This document shows positions 11,800 to 20,553 of a stretch of 32,000 nt of DNA, one piece after another; position 1 is the stretch's first letter, and the number at the start of each line of letters is the position of its first letter. This DNA is from Blochmannia endosymbiont of Camponotus modoc (GTDB lineage: Bacteria > Pseudomonadota > Gammaproteobacteria > Enterobacterales > Enterobacteriaceae): assembly GCF_023585785.1 (NCBI RefSeq), contig NZ_CP097765.1:330001-362000 (forward strand). The letters run 5' to 3'. The translations under genes and the position numbers were made by a program. The notes beneath the pieces were generated by a model. The model was given only the letters and a program-made list of their open reading frames with translations. It did no database searches and had not been told where the DNA came from.

Positions 11800-12270
11800 T
11801 TATTTTTTCAACTGTGATTGTATATAATTATGCATACCAATTTTTATCATGAGATTTAGCTCTGTTTCTAAAAAATCAATGTGTTTTTCTTCATCTTTAA
11901 GAATTTGTATCATTATATCCCTAGATACATAATCTTGTATTGAACCAGCGTATTTGATGCCTTTGCGTAAATTTTCAATACTATGAAATTCTAAACTAAG
12001 ATCAGCACGTAAAATATCTTCAATATTTTTTTTAATGTTTAATGGATCAAATTTCCTTAAGGTGGGCATACTTTCTAAAAATAAAATACGTTTTGCATAA
12101 AGATCCGCATGATCTAACTCATCTACGCATTCTTGATATTCTATCTTGTTAAGGCGTTCTAATCCCCAGTTTTTAAAAATTTTAGAATGTAAAAAGTATT
12201 GGTTTACAGCAACCAATTCATCGCTCAACAAATTATTAAGATGGGCAATAATGTGATCATCTCCTTTCAT
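11800..12270 (-). CDS. bfr: Bacterioferritin. The ferroxidase-centre ligands are conserved, but the haem-ligand position 52 is Leu.
   Basis: 156-aa ORF, collinear with E. coli Bfr (158 aa): MKGD..LN.LL..ELVA.NQYFLH...FKNWGL.RLN..EY.E..DE..HAD, ..DEE.HID.LETEL.L. AAGGAG lies upstream of the ATG. Confidence 0.93.
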   Translation of the reverse strand: MKGDDHIIAHLNNLLSDELVAVNQYFLHSKIFKNWGLERLNKIEYQECVDELDHADLYAKRILFLESMPTLRKFDPLNIKKNIEDILRADLSLEFHSIENLRKGIKYAGSIQDYVSRDIMIQILKDEEKHIDFLETELNLMIKIGMHNYIQSQLKK

Positions 12271-12418
12271 AATATCTCCTTAGATGTATATCCACATACA
12301 TTGTATTGTTTAATTTTGAATTATGAATTAAATATTTAAAAAAAAAATCATAACTAGTATCGTTACTGACTATACCTATCTTCTTATTCTTAATAAAAAG
12401 AAGTTATATGATGGACGT

Positions 12419-12494
12419 TGGTGCTGATAAGCAGATTCGAACTGCTGACCTCACCCTTACCAAGGGTGTGCTCTACCTTCTGAGCTATATCAGC
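12419..12494 (-). tRNA. thrT: tRNA-Thr (anticodon GGU), 76 nt, CCA encoded
   Basis: The reverse complement GCTGATATAGCTCAGAAGGTAGAGCACACCCTTGGTAAGGGTGAGGTCAGCAGTTCGAATCTGCTTATCAGCACCA folds as a cloverleaf. The anticodon loop is TTGGTAA. It is last in the thrU-tyrU-glyT-thrT order. Confidence 0.93.
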
Positions 12495-12515
12495 ATAATT
12501 CAGTTATGTTATATA

Positions 12516-12587
12516 AGCGGACAGTGGGAATTGAACCCACATCATCAACTTGGAAGGTTGAGGTAATAACCATTATACGATGCCCAC
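12516..12587 (-). tRNA. glyT: tRNA-Gly (anticodon UCC), 72 nt, no encoded CCA
   Basis: The reverse complement GTGGGCATCGTATAATGGTTATTACCTCAACCTTCCAAGTTGATGATGTGGGTTCAATTCCCACTGTCCGCT closely resembles E. coli glyT. The anticodon loop is CTTCCAA. The acceptor stem has two G-U pairs. Confidence 0.9.
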
Positions 12588-12663
12588 TATTACATAATAA
12601 AAAAATCTGTATTCTTGATATTACAAGAATATATTTGTATTTGTTGTTTATGTATAATCAAAA

Positions 12664-12745
12664 TGATGGGGGAAGGATTTGAACCTTCGAAGTCTACGAC
12701 GACAGATTTACAGTCTGCTCCCTTTAGCCACTCGGGAACCCCATC
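12664..12745 (-). tRNA. tyrU: tRNA-Tyr (anticodon GUA), 82 nt with long variable arm, no encoded CCA
   Basis: The reverse complement is GATGGGGTTCCCGAGTGGCTAAAGGGAGCAGACTGTAAATCTGTCGTCGTAGACTTCGAAGGTTCAAATCCTTCCCCCATCA. The anticodon loop is CTGTAAA and the acceptor is GATGGGG/CCCCATC. Confidence 0.92.
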
Positions 12746-12758
12746 AAAATATTGTAGA

Positions 12759-12831
12759 TGCCGGTAAAAGGATTCGAACCTTTGATCTACTGATTACAAA
12801 TCAGTTGCTCTTCCTATTGAGCTACACCGGC
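12759..12831 (-). tRNA. thrU: tRNA-Thr (anticodon UGU), 73 nt, no encoded CCA
   Basis: The reverse complement is GCCGGTGTAGCTCAATAGGAAGAGCAACTGATTTGTAATCAGTAGATCAAAGGTTCGAATCCTTTTACCGGCA. The anticodon loop is TTTGTAA. Confidence 0.92.
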
Positions 12832-13102
12832 ATCATTTTTAATGTCATTAAAAATAAAATTTGATTCTGTTTTTAGAAACACACGTTTTGAACAAACTTC
12901 ATTAAACTATTGTATTTGAGATAATAAAATTATTCAAAACATTTGTAAAAAATAAATCTATTTTAATAAAACTAAAATTATTAGTTATTTCGTGAGCTTT
13001 CATTATAATACATAATTATAATTAAATATTTTATTTTGATCAAGTATTTACATGAAATTTCATTCTATAAGATAAGCATTTATCTATGATAATAGAAATA
13101 AT

Positions 13103-14044
13103 ATGCTACATGTTTCGTCTGTTCCATTTTTAACTTTCAATCGCAAGGAATGGTCATCTCTTCGAGAGGAGATACCATCAACATTATCTCCAAGAGAAAT
13201 CCTAAATGTAAGAGGAATCAATGATAATCTTTCTATGAATGAAGTAATAGAAATTTATTTACCATTATCTAGATTACTTAATCTATATATTTGTTCACAT
13301 ATAAAACGACAAAATATTTTAGAGCAATTTTTAAGTATTCAAAGCCAACATATACCATATATTATTGGTATCGTTGGTGGTGTTGCTGCGGGGAAAAGCA
13401 CTACAGCTAGAGTTTTACAAGCACTGCTTAGTAGATGGACTGAACACCGTGTGGTGGAATTAGTAACAACCGATGGATTTTTGTATTCTAATAAAATATT
13501 AAAAAAACGACATTTAATGAAAAAAAAAGGTTTTCCGCAATCTTATGATATGACTAGTTTAATAAATTTTGTTTCCAAAGTTAAATCTGGAGTTCAATCA
13601 ATAACAATTCCTGTATATTCTCACATAATATATGACATTATTCCTAATGCTCAACAGGTAATTTATAAACCAGATGTTCTTATTTTGGAAGGATTAAACG
13701 TTTTACAAACTAATCAGGATTATCATTATAATTTACCTTGTGTTTTTGTATCTGATTTTATTGACTTTTCTATTTATGTTGATGCTCCAGAATATTTACT
13801 GCAAGAATGGTATATCGATAGATTTTTGAAATTTTGTTACACTACTTTTTCCTATCCTAATTCTTATTTTTATCGTTATACTCAATTATCTAAAAAAAAT
13901 ATAATCTCTATTGCTTCGCAATTATGGACTAAAATAAATAGACTGAATTTGCAAGAAAATATTTTACCTACTCGGGAACGCGCAAATTTAATTTTAAGAA
14001 AAGACGTGAATCATATAATAAACAATGTTCAACTAAGAAAATAA
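13103..14044 (+). CDS. coaA: Type I pantothenate kinase
   Basis: 313-aa ORF, collinear with E. coli CoaA (316 aa): ..[10 protein letters not shown].., P-loop [23 protein letters not shown], ..[11 protein letters not shown]. It is divergent from the thrU tRNA cluster as in E. coli. Confidence 0.95.
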   Translation: MLHVSSVPFLTFNRKEWSSLREEIPSTLSPREILNVRGINDNLSMNEVIEIYLPLSRLLNLYICSHIKRQNILEQFLSIQSQHIPYIIGIVGGVAAGKSTTARVLQALLSRWTEHRVVELVTTDGFLYSNKILKKRHLMKKKGFPQSYDMTSLINFVSKVKSGVQSITIPVYSHIIYDIIPNAQQVIYKPDVLILEGLNVLQTNQDYHYNLPCVFVSDFIDFSIYVDAPEYLLQEWYIDRFLKFCYTTFSYPNSYFYRYTQLSKKNIISIASQLWTKINRLNLQENILPTRERANLILRKDVNHIINNVQLRK

Positions 14045-14245
14045 CAACGATTATAAAAATAATAATTTTTACTCTTTATAGTTATCATGAGTATCCATTT
14101 TTTATTACTGAAACATTTGGACTTAATCATATTGTATTACAATAACTATGGGATTTATATTAATCAAACGATTATTGTTATAGTTAATATTGTATAGATT
14201 CAAAAGTATTTTAATATTAAAATATTTTGAATAAAAATTATATTT

Positions 14246-15070
14246 TTAAGATGCATAAACAGAAATATTATTTCCCGAGTAATAACATACTGAACTTGTT
14301 TGATCCACTATTAAGGCTCCATGTATATTTATTCCAAGAGCTGTGCCGCATATTGTACGATCCCCAACTAATAATGTGACTGGTTTATTATATAAGCAAT
14401 CAAAAACTTTCCAATATGTAATAAATGGAGTAAACCCAAAAAGCATAAAATCCTTTAATTTTTTACGTAATACATTAATAAGCGTGGCGACTAAAATATT
14501 GCGATCAATCATGATGCCAATATCCGTTAAATTAATCCAATTTTTACCAATTTTAGTATTTAATGTTGCATGCGTGCGTATAGACAAATTAATACCAATA
14601 CCTATTATTATATGAGTAATATTATCAGTTCTTGTTATAATTTCGATTAAAATTCCCGCTAATTTTCGTCCATGAATGTACAAATCATTAGGCCATTTAA
14701 TTTTAATCTGGGACACGCCTAAATTCTTTAATATTTTTGCCACAACAATACTTATCATTAAACTAAATTCAATCATCGTTGGAGGAATCTTATTCAATTT
14801 CCAATAAATAGATAAGCAAATACCTTCTCCAACAGGCGCCACCCAAATTTTATCGCGTCTTCCTCTTCCTTGTGTTTGGTGTTCTGTAACACAAGCATCA
14901 CCCGATTTTATATATGGAATGTTGTCTATTATATATTGGTTGGTTGAATTAACTCTATTTAACACAATTACCCTGCCTTCGGGTAATTGTGTTAAAATCT
15001 TAGATTCGTTTAAGAAAGGATGAAATACGGGAAAACCACAATTTTCATTATACCTTAACAAGGTTTTCAA
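14246..15070 (-). CDS. birA: Biotin-[acetyl-CoA-carboxylase] ligase lacking the N-terminal winged-HTH repressor domain. The only in-frame start is TTG.
   Basis: 274-aa ORF that aligns with E. coli BirA from about residue 45 onward (..LLNESKILTQL.., ..STNQY.., KSGDAC..E.Q..GRGRR.., KWPNDLY...RKLAGIL.E). The first codon read from the sequence is TTG. There is no in-frame ATG near the 5' end. Confidence 0.85.
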   Translation of the reverse strand: MKTLLRYNENCGFPVFHPFLNESKILTQLPEGRVIVLNRVNSTNQYIIDNIPYIKSGDACVTEHQTQGRGRRDKIWVAPVGEGICLSIYWKLNKIPPTMIEFSLMISIVVAKILKNLGVSQIKIKWPNDLYIHGRKLAGILIEIITRTDNITHIIIGIGINLSIRTHATLNTKIGKNWINLTDIGIMIDRNILVATLINVLRKKLKDFMLFGFTPFITYWKVFDCLYNKPVTLLVGDRTICGTALGINIHGALIVDQTSSVCYYSGNNISVYAS

Positions 15071-15220
15071 ATCTCCAAAAAAAAAATAAATTGATATTTA
15101 TAGTTAATTCCATTAAATTCTACTACGCGAATGCATTTTTAATTCTATTTAAAGACAAAAATTACTAGAAATATATCTAATTTCAAATTTTTTAAATAAA
15201 ATACATATATCAATGATTTA

Positions 15221-16255
15221 CTACATGAATAATTTTTTTGGATTTATTTCTCCATAATTACCAATTAATCTAACTTCAGGTTGTAAATAAATATTAAATT
15301 TATCTGCAACCTTATTATATATGTAAAGAGCTAATGCTGCAATTTCAGTACCAGTAGCTATTTTTTTTCTATTAATTAATACTAATGCCTGTTTAGGATA
15401 TATTGCTGCTTCCCCAAAAACATAACCTTTTAGTTGACAATGTTCTATTAACCATCCTGCTGATAATTTTATTCTACCATCTTTTTGATAATAATAAGGC
15501 ATATTTGGATAAATTTGAAATAAGCAGCGTGCTGTTTTAATATCTATTATTGGATTTTTGAAAAAACTACCAGCATTTCCTACTAAAACAGGATCTGGTA
15601 ATTTTTTATGTCTAATTATGTAAATAAAGTTAAAAACTTGACGGGGTGTAATACGAAATTTGTCTAAATGAGCTAATTCATGATAATCTAATATAGGTTT
15701 CCACCTTTTACGTAATCTTAATCCTACAGACACAATAGCATATTTCTCCAAACAATTTCTAAAAATACTATCTCTATATTTGAAATTGCATTCAGAACAA
15801 GTGAAACGAATTTTTTTTCCACTACATAAGTCTATAGCATCTACGTACTCACATATTTGAGATAACTCAACTCCGTAAGCCCCAATATTTTGAATTGGAG
15901 CAGCCCCTACATACCCTGGAATACATGCTAAATTTTCTAGCCCCGGTATGTTTTTTTTGATAGTATGAACTACTAATTCGTCCCATTTTTCTCCAGCTCC
16001 AACATGTAGTTGCCATTCCGTTTTATTCTCTGTAATAAAAATGCCCTTTATCCTATTTAATAATATTGTTCCAGAATAGTTTTCTAAAAATAAAATATTA
16101 CTACCGCCTCCTAAAATAAGAACAGGTTTTCCTTTGCTATAAGCTTTCCTCCAAAACTTTAACAATGTATGTTCATGATGTGCTGTTACTATACTTTTAG
16201 AAAATGCGTTAACTGAAAAGGTATTTAATGATTTTAATTGAAAACGACGCTCCAT
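15221..16255 (-). CDS. murB: UDP-N-acetylenolpyruvoylglucosamine reductase (start moved to the ATG at 16255; the track start at 16276 is a TTG)
   Basis: Collinear with E. coli MurB (342 aa): LKSLNTF.., ..PVLILGGGSN.LFLE.., ..GLENLA.IPG.VG.APIQNIGAYGVEL.., ..NAGSFFKNP... MERRFQLKSLNTF aligns with MNHSLKPWNTF. Confidence 0.93.
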   Translation of the reverse strand: MERRFQLKSLNTFSVNAFSKSIVTAHHEHTLLKFWRKAYSKGKPVLILGGGSNILFLENYSGTILLNRIKGIFITENKTEWQLHVGAGEKWDELVVHTIKKNIPGLENLACIPGYVGAAPIQNIGAYGVELSQICEYVDAIDLCSGKKIRFTCSECNFKYRDSIFRNCLEKYAIVSVGLRLRKRWKPILDYHELAHLDKFRITPRQVFNFIYIIRHKKLPDPVLVGNAGSFFKNPIIDIKTARCLFQIYPNMPYYYQKDGRIKLSAGWLIEHCQLKGYVFGEAAIYPKQALVLINRKKIATGTEIAALALYIYNKVADKFNIYLQPEVRLIGNYGEINPKKLFM

Positions 16256-16587
16256 ACATTTATTTATTTTAAACAAAGATATTAAATATATTATTTTTTA
16301 TAATAATTATTGAATTTTATTCACACATCGATCCATAATTCCAATGATACATAGAATATAATTGTATTATTTTAATTTTTGAGTTGCTATATAATCTTAG
16401 TTCTTATCTTTTTATGATTATAAAATAATTATTTAATTTATAGTTTGCAACATAAATTATAAATAAAGATATATACTATCTTATACGAAAACATGAAAAA
16501 ACATTATATATCAATAAATAATGTAGTTGCTTTATTAAAATTATTTAAAATTTCTTAAATAATTTCATGTTAGAAATTTTTAAAATT

Positions 16588-19164
16588 TCATTGGATAAAG
16601 ATAATTGTATTATTTACGACATCTAAAGTAATTTTTTTACCTGGCAGCAATTGCCCAGATATTATCTTTTGAGATAATGAATTTTCAATGTGTTGTTGTA
16701 TAGCGCGTTTTAATGGGCGTGCACCGTATACCGGATCAAATCCAATTTTTGATAAAAATACTAAGACTGCGTTAGTAATATTAGTATTCGGATATCCTTT
16801 TTCTTCTAAGCGATCACATAAGTGCTGTAGTTGAATACTAGCAATTTTCATAAGATGTTCAGTGCTAAGCGGATGAAACACTACTATTTCATCTACCCTA
16901 TTAACAAATTCTGGACGAAAATGTTGATTAACTATGTTTAATACTGTAACTTTAACTTCTTGATAATCTACAATGCCAAAATTTTTTTGAATGAAATCTG
17001 ACCCCAAATTGGATGTCATAATGATGACAGTGTTATTAAAATGTACCGTACGTCCATGCCCATCTGTTAAGCGTCCATCGTCTAAGACCTGTAATAATAC
17101 ATTAAAAATTTCTGAATGCGCTTTTTCTATTTCATCTAACAAAATAATAGAATATGGTCTACGACGTATTGATTCAGTCAAATATCCCCCTGATTCATAC
17201 CCAATATAACCAGGAGGAGCTCCTAACAATTTTGATACAGAATGTTTTTCCATAAATTCAGACATATCAATACGCACCATTGCATTATTGGTATTGAAAA
17301 GAAAGATAGACAATGCCTTACACAATTCAGTTTTTCCTACTCCAGTAGGCCCCAAAAACATAAATGAACCAATTGGACGTTTAAGATCTGATAATCCAGA
17401 ACGACTCCGACGAATAGCATGAGATATTGCCTTTACTGCTTCGTGTTGCCCAACAACTAATTGATGCAAAGCATGTTCCATATCTAATAATTTATCTTTT
17501 TCACTTGCTAACATGCGAGACACAGGAATACCAGTCCAACGAGATAATACTGCGGCAATTTCTATATCAGTAACACAATTTCGTAAAAGACGTATTTTTT
17601 TATTATTAGATTGCAAGATTGTAGATAATTTTTTTTCTAATTCTGGAATCTTCCCATATTGTAATTCAGACATACGAGCTAAATCACCAATACGGCGTGC
17701 TTGGTCAATAGCAATTTTTGCTTGTTCTAAATCAGATTTAATACTTTGAGTGTTAGATAAAGAAACTTTTTCTTTTTTCCATTCTTTTTCAAGATTAATA
17801 TAATCTTGTTCTTTCTGAATTAATTCAGTAGTTAAGAGATTTAATCTTTTCATGCTAGCATCATCTGATTCTTTTTTTAATGCTTGTTGTTCTAATTTCA
17901 ATTGTATAATACGCCGTTCTAATCTATCTAATTCTTCTGGTTTAGAATCTATTTGTATGCGAATGCTAGAAGCAGCTTCATCAATCAAATCAATGGCTTT
18001 ATCAGGTAACTGACGATCAGAAATATATCGATGTGACAAAATTGCAGCAGCCACTATTGCTGGATCAGTAATATGAACATTGTGATGTAATTCATAACGT
18101 TCTTTTAACCCACGAAGAATAGCTATAGTATCTTCAACGCTAGGCTCAGAAACGAATATTTTTTGAAAACGTCTTTCTAAAGCTGCATCTTTTTCAATAT
18201 ATTTACTATATTCATCAAGTGTAGTTGCTCCTACGCAATGTAACTCACCTCTAGCTAGTCTTGGTTTCAGCATATTACTTGCATCCATTGCTCCATCAGT
18301 TTTACCCGCTCCAACCATAGTATGTAATTCATCAATGAATAAAATGATATTACTATCTTCTTTAGATACATCATTTAATACGCTTTTTAAACGCTCTTCA
18401 AACTCTCCTCTATACTTTGTTCCCGCTAATAGTCCTCCCATATCTAAAGCTAATATGCGACTATGTTTCAGCCCTTCCGGAACTTCACCATTAATAATAC
18501 GTTGCGCTAATCCTTCCACAATAGCAGTCTTTCCTACTCCAGGTTGTCCGATAAGAACAGGATTATTTTTGGTACGTCTCTGTAACACCTGAATAGTACG
18601 ACGAATTTCTTCATCTCGACCAATAACAGGATCAAGATTACCTTGTTCTGCAAATTTAGTTATATCTACAGTAAATTTTTGCAACGATTGACGTTGAGAT
18701 TCTGCTTGTTGATTATCAACTGAGTGATTATCGCGTATATAGTTTGTTGATTTTTTTATATTTTCTGGAGATACCCCAGATTTTTTTAATAAATTATTTA
18801 ATGTTCCATGAGATTCAATGGCTGCTAAAACGAACATTTCTGATGCAATAAAAGTATCATTGCGTTTTTGTGCTAATTTATCACATAAATTTAATATTCT
18901 AATTAAATCATGAGAACATTGAATATCTCCACCAATACCTTCTACCTTTGGCATACGATCGCATGTCTCTTCAACTAATATAGTGAACTGAGACATATTA
19001 AATCCAGCACGCTCCAGTATTTGATATACTGATCCATTTTTTTCTTTTAAGAAAGCGAGCATCACATGAATGGGTTCAACAAACTGATTATCTTTTCTAA
19101 GTGCTATAGATTGAGCATCAGAAATAGCTAATTGAAAGTCATGAGTAAAACGATCCAACCGCAT
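16588..19164 (-). CDS. clpB: Chaperone/disaggregase ClpB (start moved to MRLDRF...; the track start at 19200 is a TTG 12 codons upstream)
   Basis: Collinear with E. coli ClpB (857 aa). It has both AAA+ Walker A motifs ([18 protein letters not shown]; [14 protein letters not shown]) and the coiled-coil middle domain. [19 protein letters not shown] aligns with MRLDRLTNKFQLALADAQS. Confidence 0.95.
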   Translation of the reverse strand: MRLDRFTHDFQLAISDAQSIALRKDNQFVEPIHVMLAFLKEKNGSVYQILERAGFNMSQFTILVEETCDRMPKVEGIGGDIQCSHDLIRILNLCDKLAQKRNDTFIASEMFVLAAIESHGTLNNLLKKSGVSPENIKKSTNYIRDNHSVDNQQAESQRQSLQKFTVDITKFAEQGNLDPVIGRDEEIRRTIQVLQRRTKNNPVLIGQPGVGKTAIVEGLAQRIINGEVPEGLKHSRILALDMGGLLAGTKYRGEFEERLKSVLNDVSKEDSNIILFIDELHTMVGAGKTDGAMDASNMLKPRLARGELHCVGATTLDEYSKYIEKDAALERRFQKIFVSEPSVEDTIAILRGLKERYELHHNVHITDPAIVAAAILSHRYISDRQLPDKAIDLIDEAASSIRIQIDSKPEELDRLERRIIQLKLEQQALKKESDDASMKRLNLLTTELIQKEQDYINLEKEWKKEKVSLSNTQSIKSDLEQAKIAIDQARRIGDLARMSELQYGKIPELEKKLSTILQSNNKKIRLLRNCVTDIEIAAVLSRWTGIPVSRMLASEKDKLLDMEHALHQLVVGQHEAVKAISHAIRRSRSGLSDLKRPIGSFMFLGPTGVGKTELCKALSIFLFNTNNAMVRIDMSEFMEKHSVSKLLGAPPGYIGYESGGYLTESIRRRPYSIILLDEIEKAHSEIFNVLLQVLDDGRLTDGHGRTVHFNNTVIIMTSNLGSDFIQKNFGIVDYQEVKVTVLNIVNQHFRPEFVNRVDEIVVFHPLSTEHLMKIASIQLQHLCDRLEEKGYPNTNITNAVLVFLSKIGFDPVYGARPLKRAIQQHIENSLSQKIISGQLLPGKKITLDVVNNTIIFIQ

Positions 19165-19232
19165 AATATTCATTTTCCTCTTGTAATGATATAAAAACAA
19201 CTAAATACCTGTAGTCGAATATATATCTATTG

Positions 19233-19261
19233 ATATGGCGATTAAGTACTTAAAATTCAAG
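19233..19261 (-). promoter_or_regulatory. Candidate sigma32 (RpoH) heat-shock promoter for clpB
   Basis: The minus strand reads GCTTGAATTTTAAGTACTTAATCGCCATAT. This is CTTGAA, a 15-nt spacer, then CGCCATAT. The sigma32 consensus is CTTGAA-N13-17-CCCCATNT. The -10 element lies 69 nt upstream of the clpB ATG at 19164. Confidence 0.45.
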
Positions 19262-19449
19262 CATCTAAACTATTGGAATAAAAGTATATTTTTATTCGCC
19301 TAAAAATCAATACAACCATAAATTTGTAAATATATATATTTCATTACAGTGAGCTTATGATGTAATTTTCACGTGAAAAATTATAAGTTCGTGACTATAT
19401 TCAGTAACGATTGTACACAAAAAATCCCCCATCATCAGCATAAATAATG

Positions 19450-20478
19450 CTATTTAACATGTCTTTCATTTTTTCTTAATATATTTATTAATTTTATAAT
19501 ATCCTTCGGTAAAGGTACATCCCATTTCATTTTTATTCTAGTAATAGGATGACATAATTGCAATGTAGTTGCGTGTAATGCTTGGCGATTTAAAACATGT
19601 AAACAGTCATTGACTGCATCAGATACACCTTTAATGAAATAAGTTGATTTTCCGTATTTATGATCTCCTAACAATGGATGATTAATGTAAGCCATATGTA
19701 CACGAATTTGATGAGTTCTTCCAGTTTCAAGACGTACACGAATTCTAGTGTACATACTAAATGATTCTGTGATAGAATAATGGGTTATGGCCGGTTTTCC
19801 CATAGGATTAACTGTCATGCGAGTACGATGAACAGCATGTCTTCGAATGGGTTGATTGATTGTCCCTTCATTATGTAAAAAATTCCCGAGAACTACCGCG
19901 TCATATTCCCTAATAATTTTTCTTTTTTTGAACAATCGTAACAAACTATGATATGCAATCATGTTTTTAGCGACGACCATTAAACCAGTAGTATCCTTAT
20001 CTAACCGTTGAACAATACCTGATTGAAATACTTCTGTAATAGCTGGATATTTATATAACAAAGCATTTAGTATAGTACCTGAATGGTTGCCGGCGCCAGG
20101 ATGAACTACCATATTTTTTGCTTTATTTATTACTACAATATCATCGTCTTCATATACAATATCAAGAGGGATATCTTGAGGAACTATACTATTATTATCG
20201 ATATTAACAATATCTTTTATTTCAACGAATTCACCGCCCATCATTTTTTTTTTAGGTATAATAACCGTTTGATTATTAACATTTACTTTTTTAGAAAGGA
20301 TCCAACATTTTATTTTAGAACGTGAATAATTTGGCAATAATTCAGAAAGAACACAATCTAATCGTTTTCCAGATTGAGATGCCTGCACAATCATAGGTTT
20401 TATAATATAAGATTCAGGTGTTATCATATTGATATGCGGTTGAATACTAAATTCAACCAAACTGTTGTATGGGTACAT
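19450..20478 (-). CDS. rluD: 23S rRNA pseudouridine(1911/1915/1917) synthase RluD. The start is uncertain: ATG at 20478 or ATG at 20427.
   Basis: Collinear with E. coli RluD: S4 domain (..LP.YSRS.IK.WIL..), ..DIPLDIVYEDDDIVVINK.., ..HRLDKDTTGLMVVAK.., ..TGRTHQIRVHMA... The alignment favours the internal Met (MITPES...) as the start. Confidence 0.92.
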   Translation of the reverse strand: MYPYNSLVEFSIQPHINMITPESYIIKPMIVQASQSGKRLDCVLSELLPNYSRSKIKCWILSKKVNVNNQTVIIPKKKMMGGEFVEIKDIVNIDNNSIVPQDIPLDIVYEDDDIVVINKAKNMVVHPGAGNHSGTILNALLYKYPAITEVFQSGIVQRLDKDTTGLMVVAKNMIAYHSLLRLFKKRKIIREYDAVVLGNFLHNEGTINQPIRRHAVHRTRMTVNPMGKPAITHYSITESFSMYTRIRVRLETGRTHQIRVHMAYINHPLLGDHKYGKSTYFIKGVSDAVNDCLHVLNRQALHATTLQLCHPITRIKMKWDVPLPKDIIKLINILRKNERHVK

Positions 20479-20553
20479 TCATTTAAATAAACGTACATGC
20501 ATATTGTTTTCTAATGTTTATGTACTACTAGGGAGTATTAATTAAAAAGTTTT

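Noticed and set aside
12679-12864. 61-aa plus-strand ORF
   Set aside because: It is simply the complement of tRNA-Tyr and tRNA-Thr(UGU). The tRNA cloverleaves explain the sequence.
14207-14224. 18-bp perfect palindrome TATTTTAATATTAAAATA between the convergent coaA and birA
   Set aside because: It is pure A/T with negligible hairpin stability, and such palindromes are expected by chance in this composition. It is not called as a terminator.
19426-19435. CCCCCATCAT on the plus strand, which resembles a sigma32 -10 element
   Set aside because: It faces into the 3' end of rluD (wrong orientation for any gene). The best upstream -35-like sequence (ATTGTAC) is only about 10-11 nt away, which is too short. 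It may be a remnant of the lost yfiH region.
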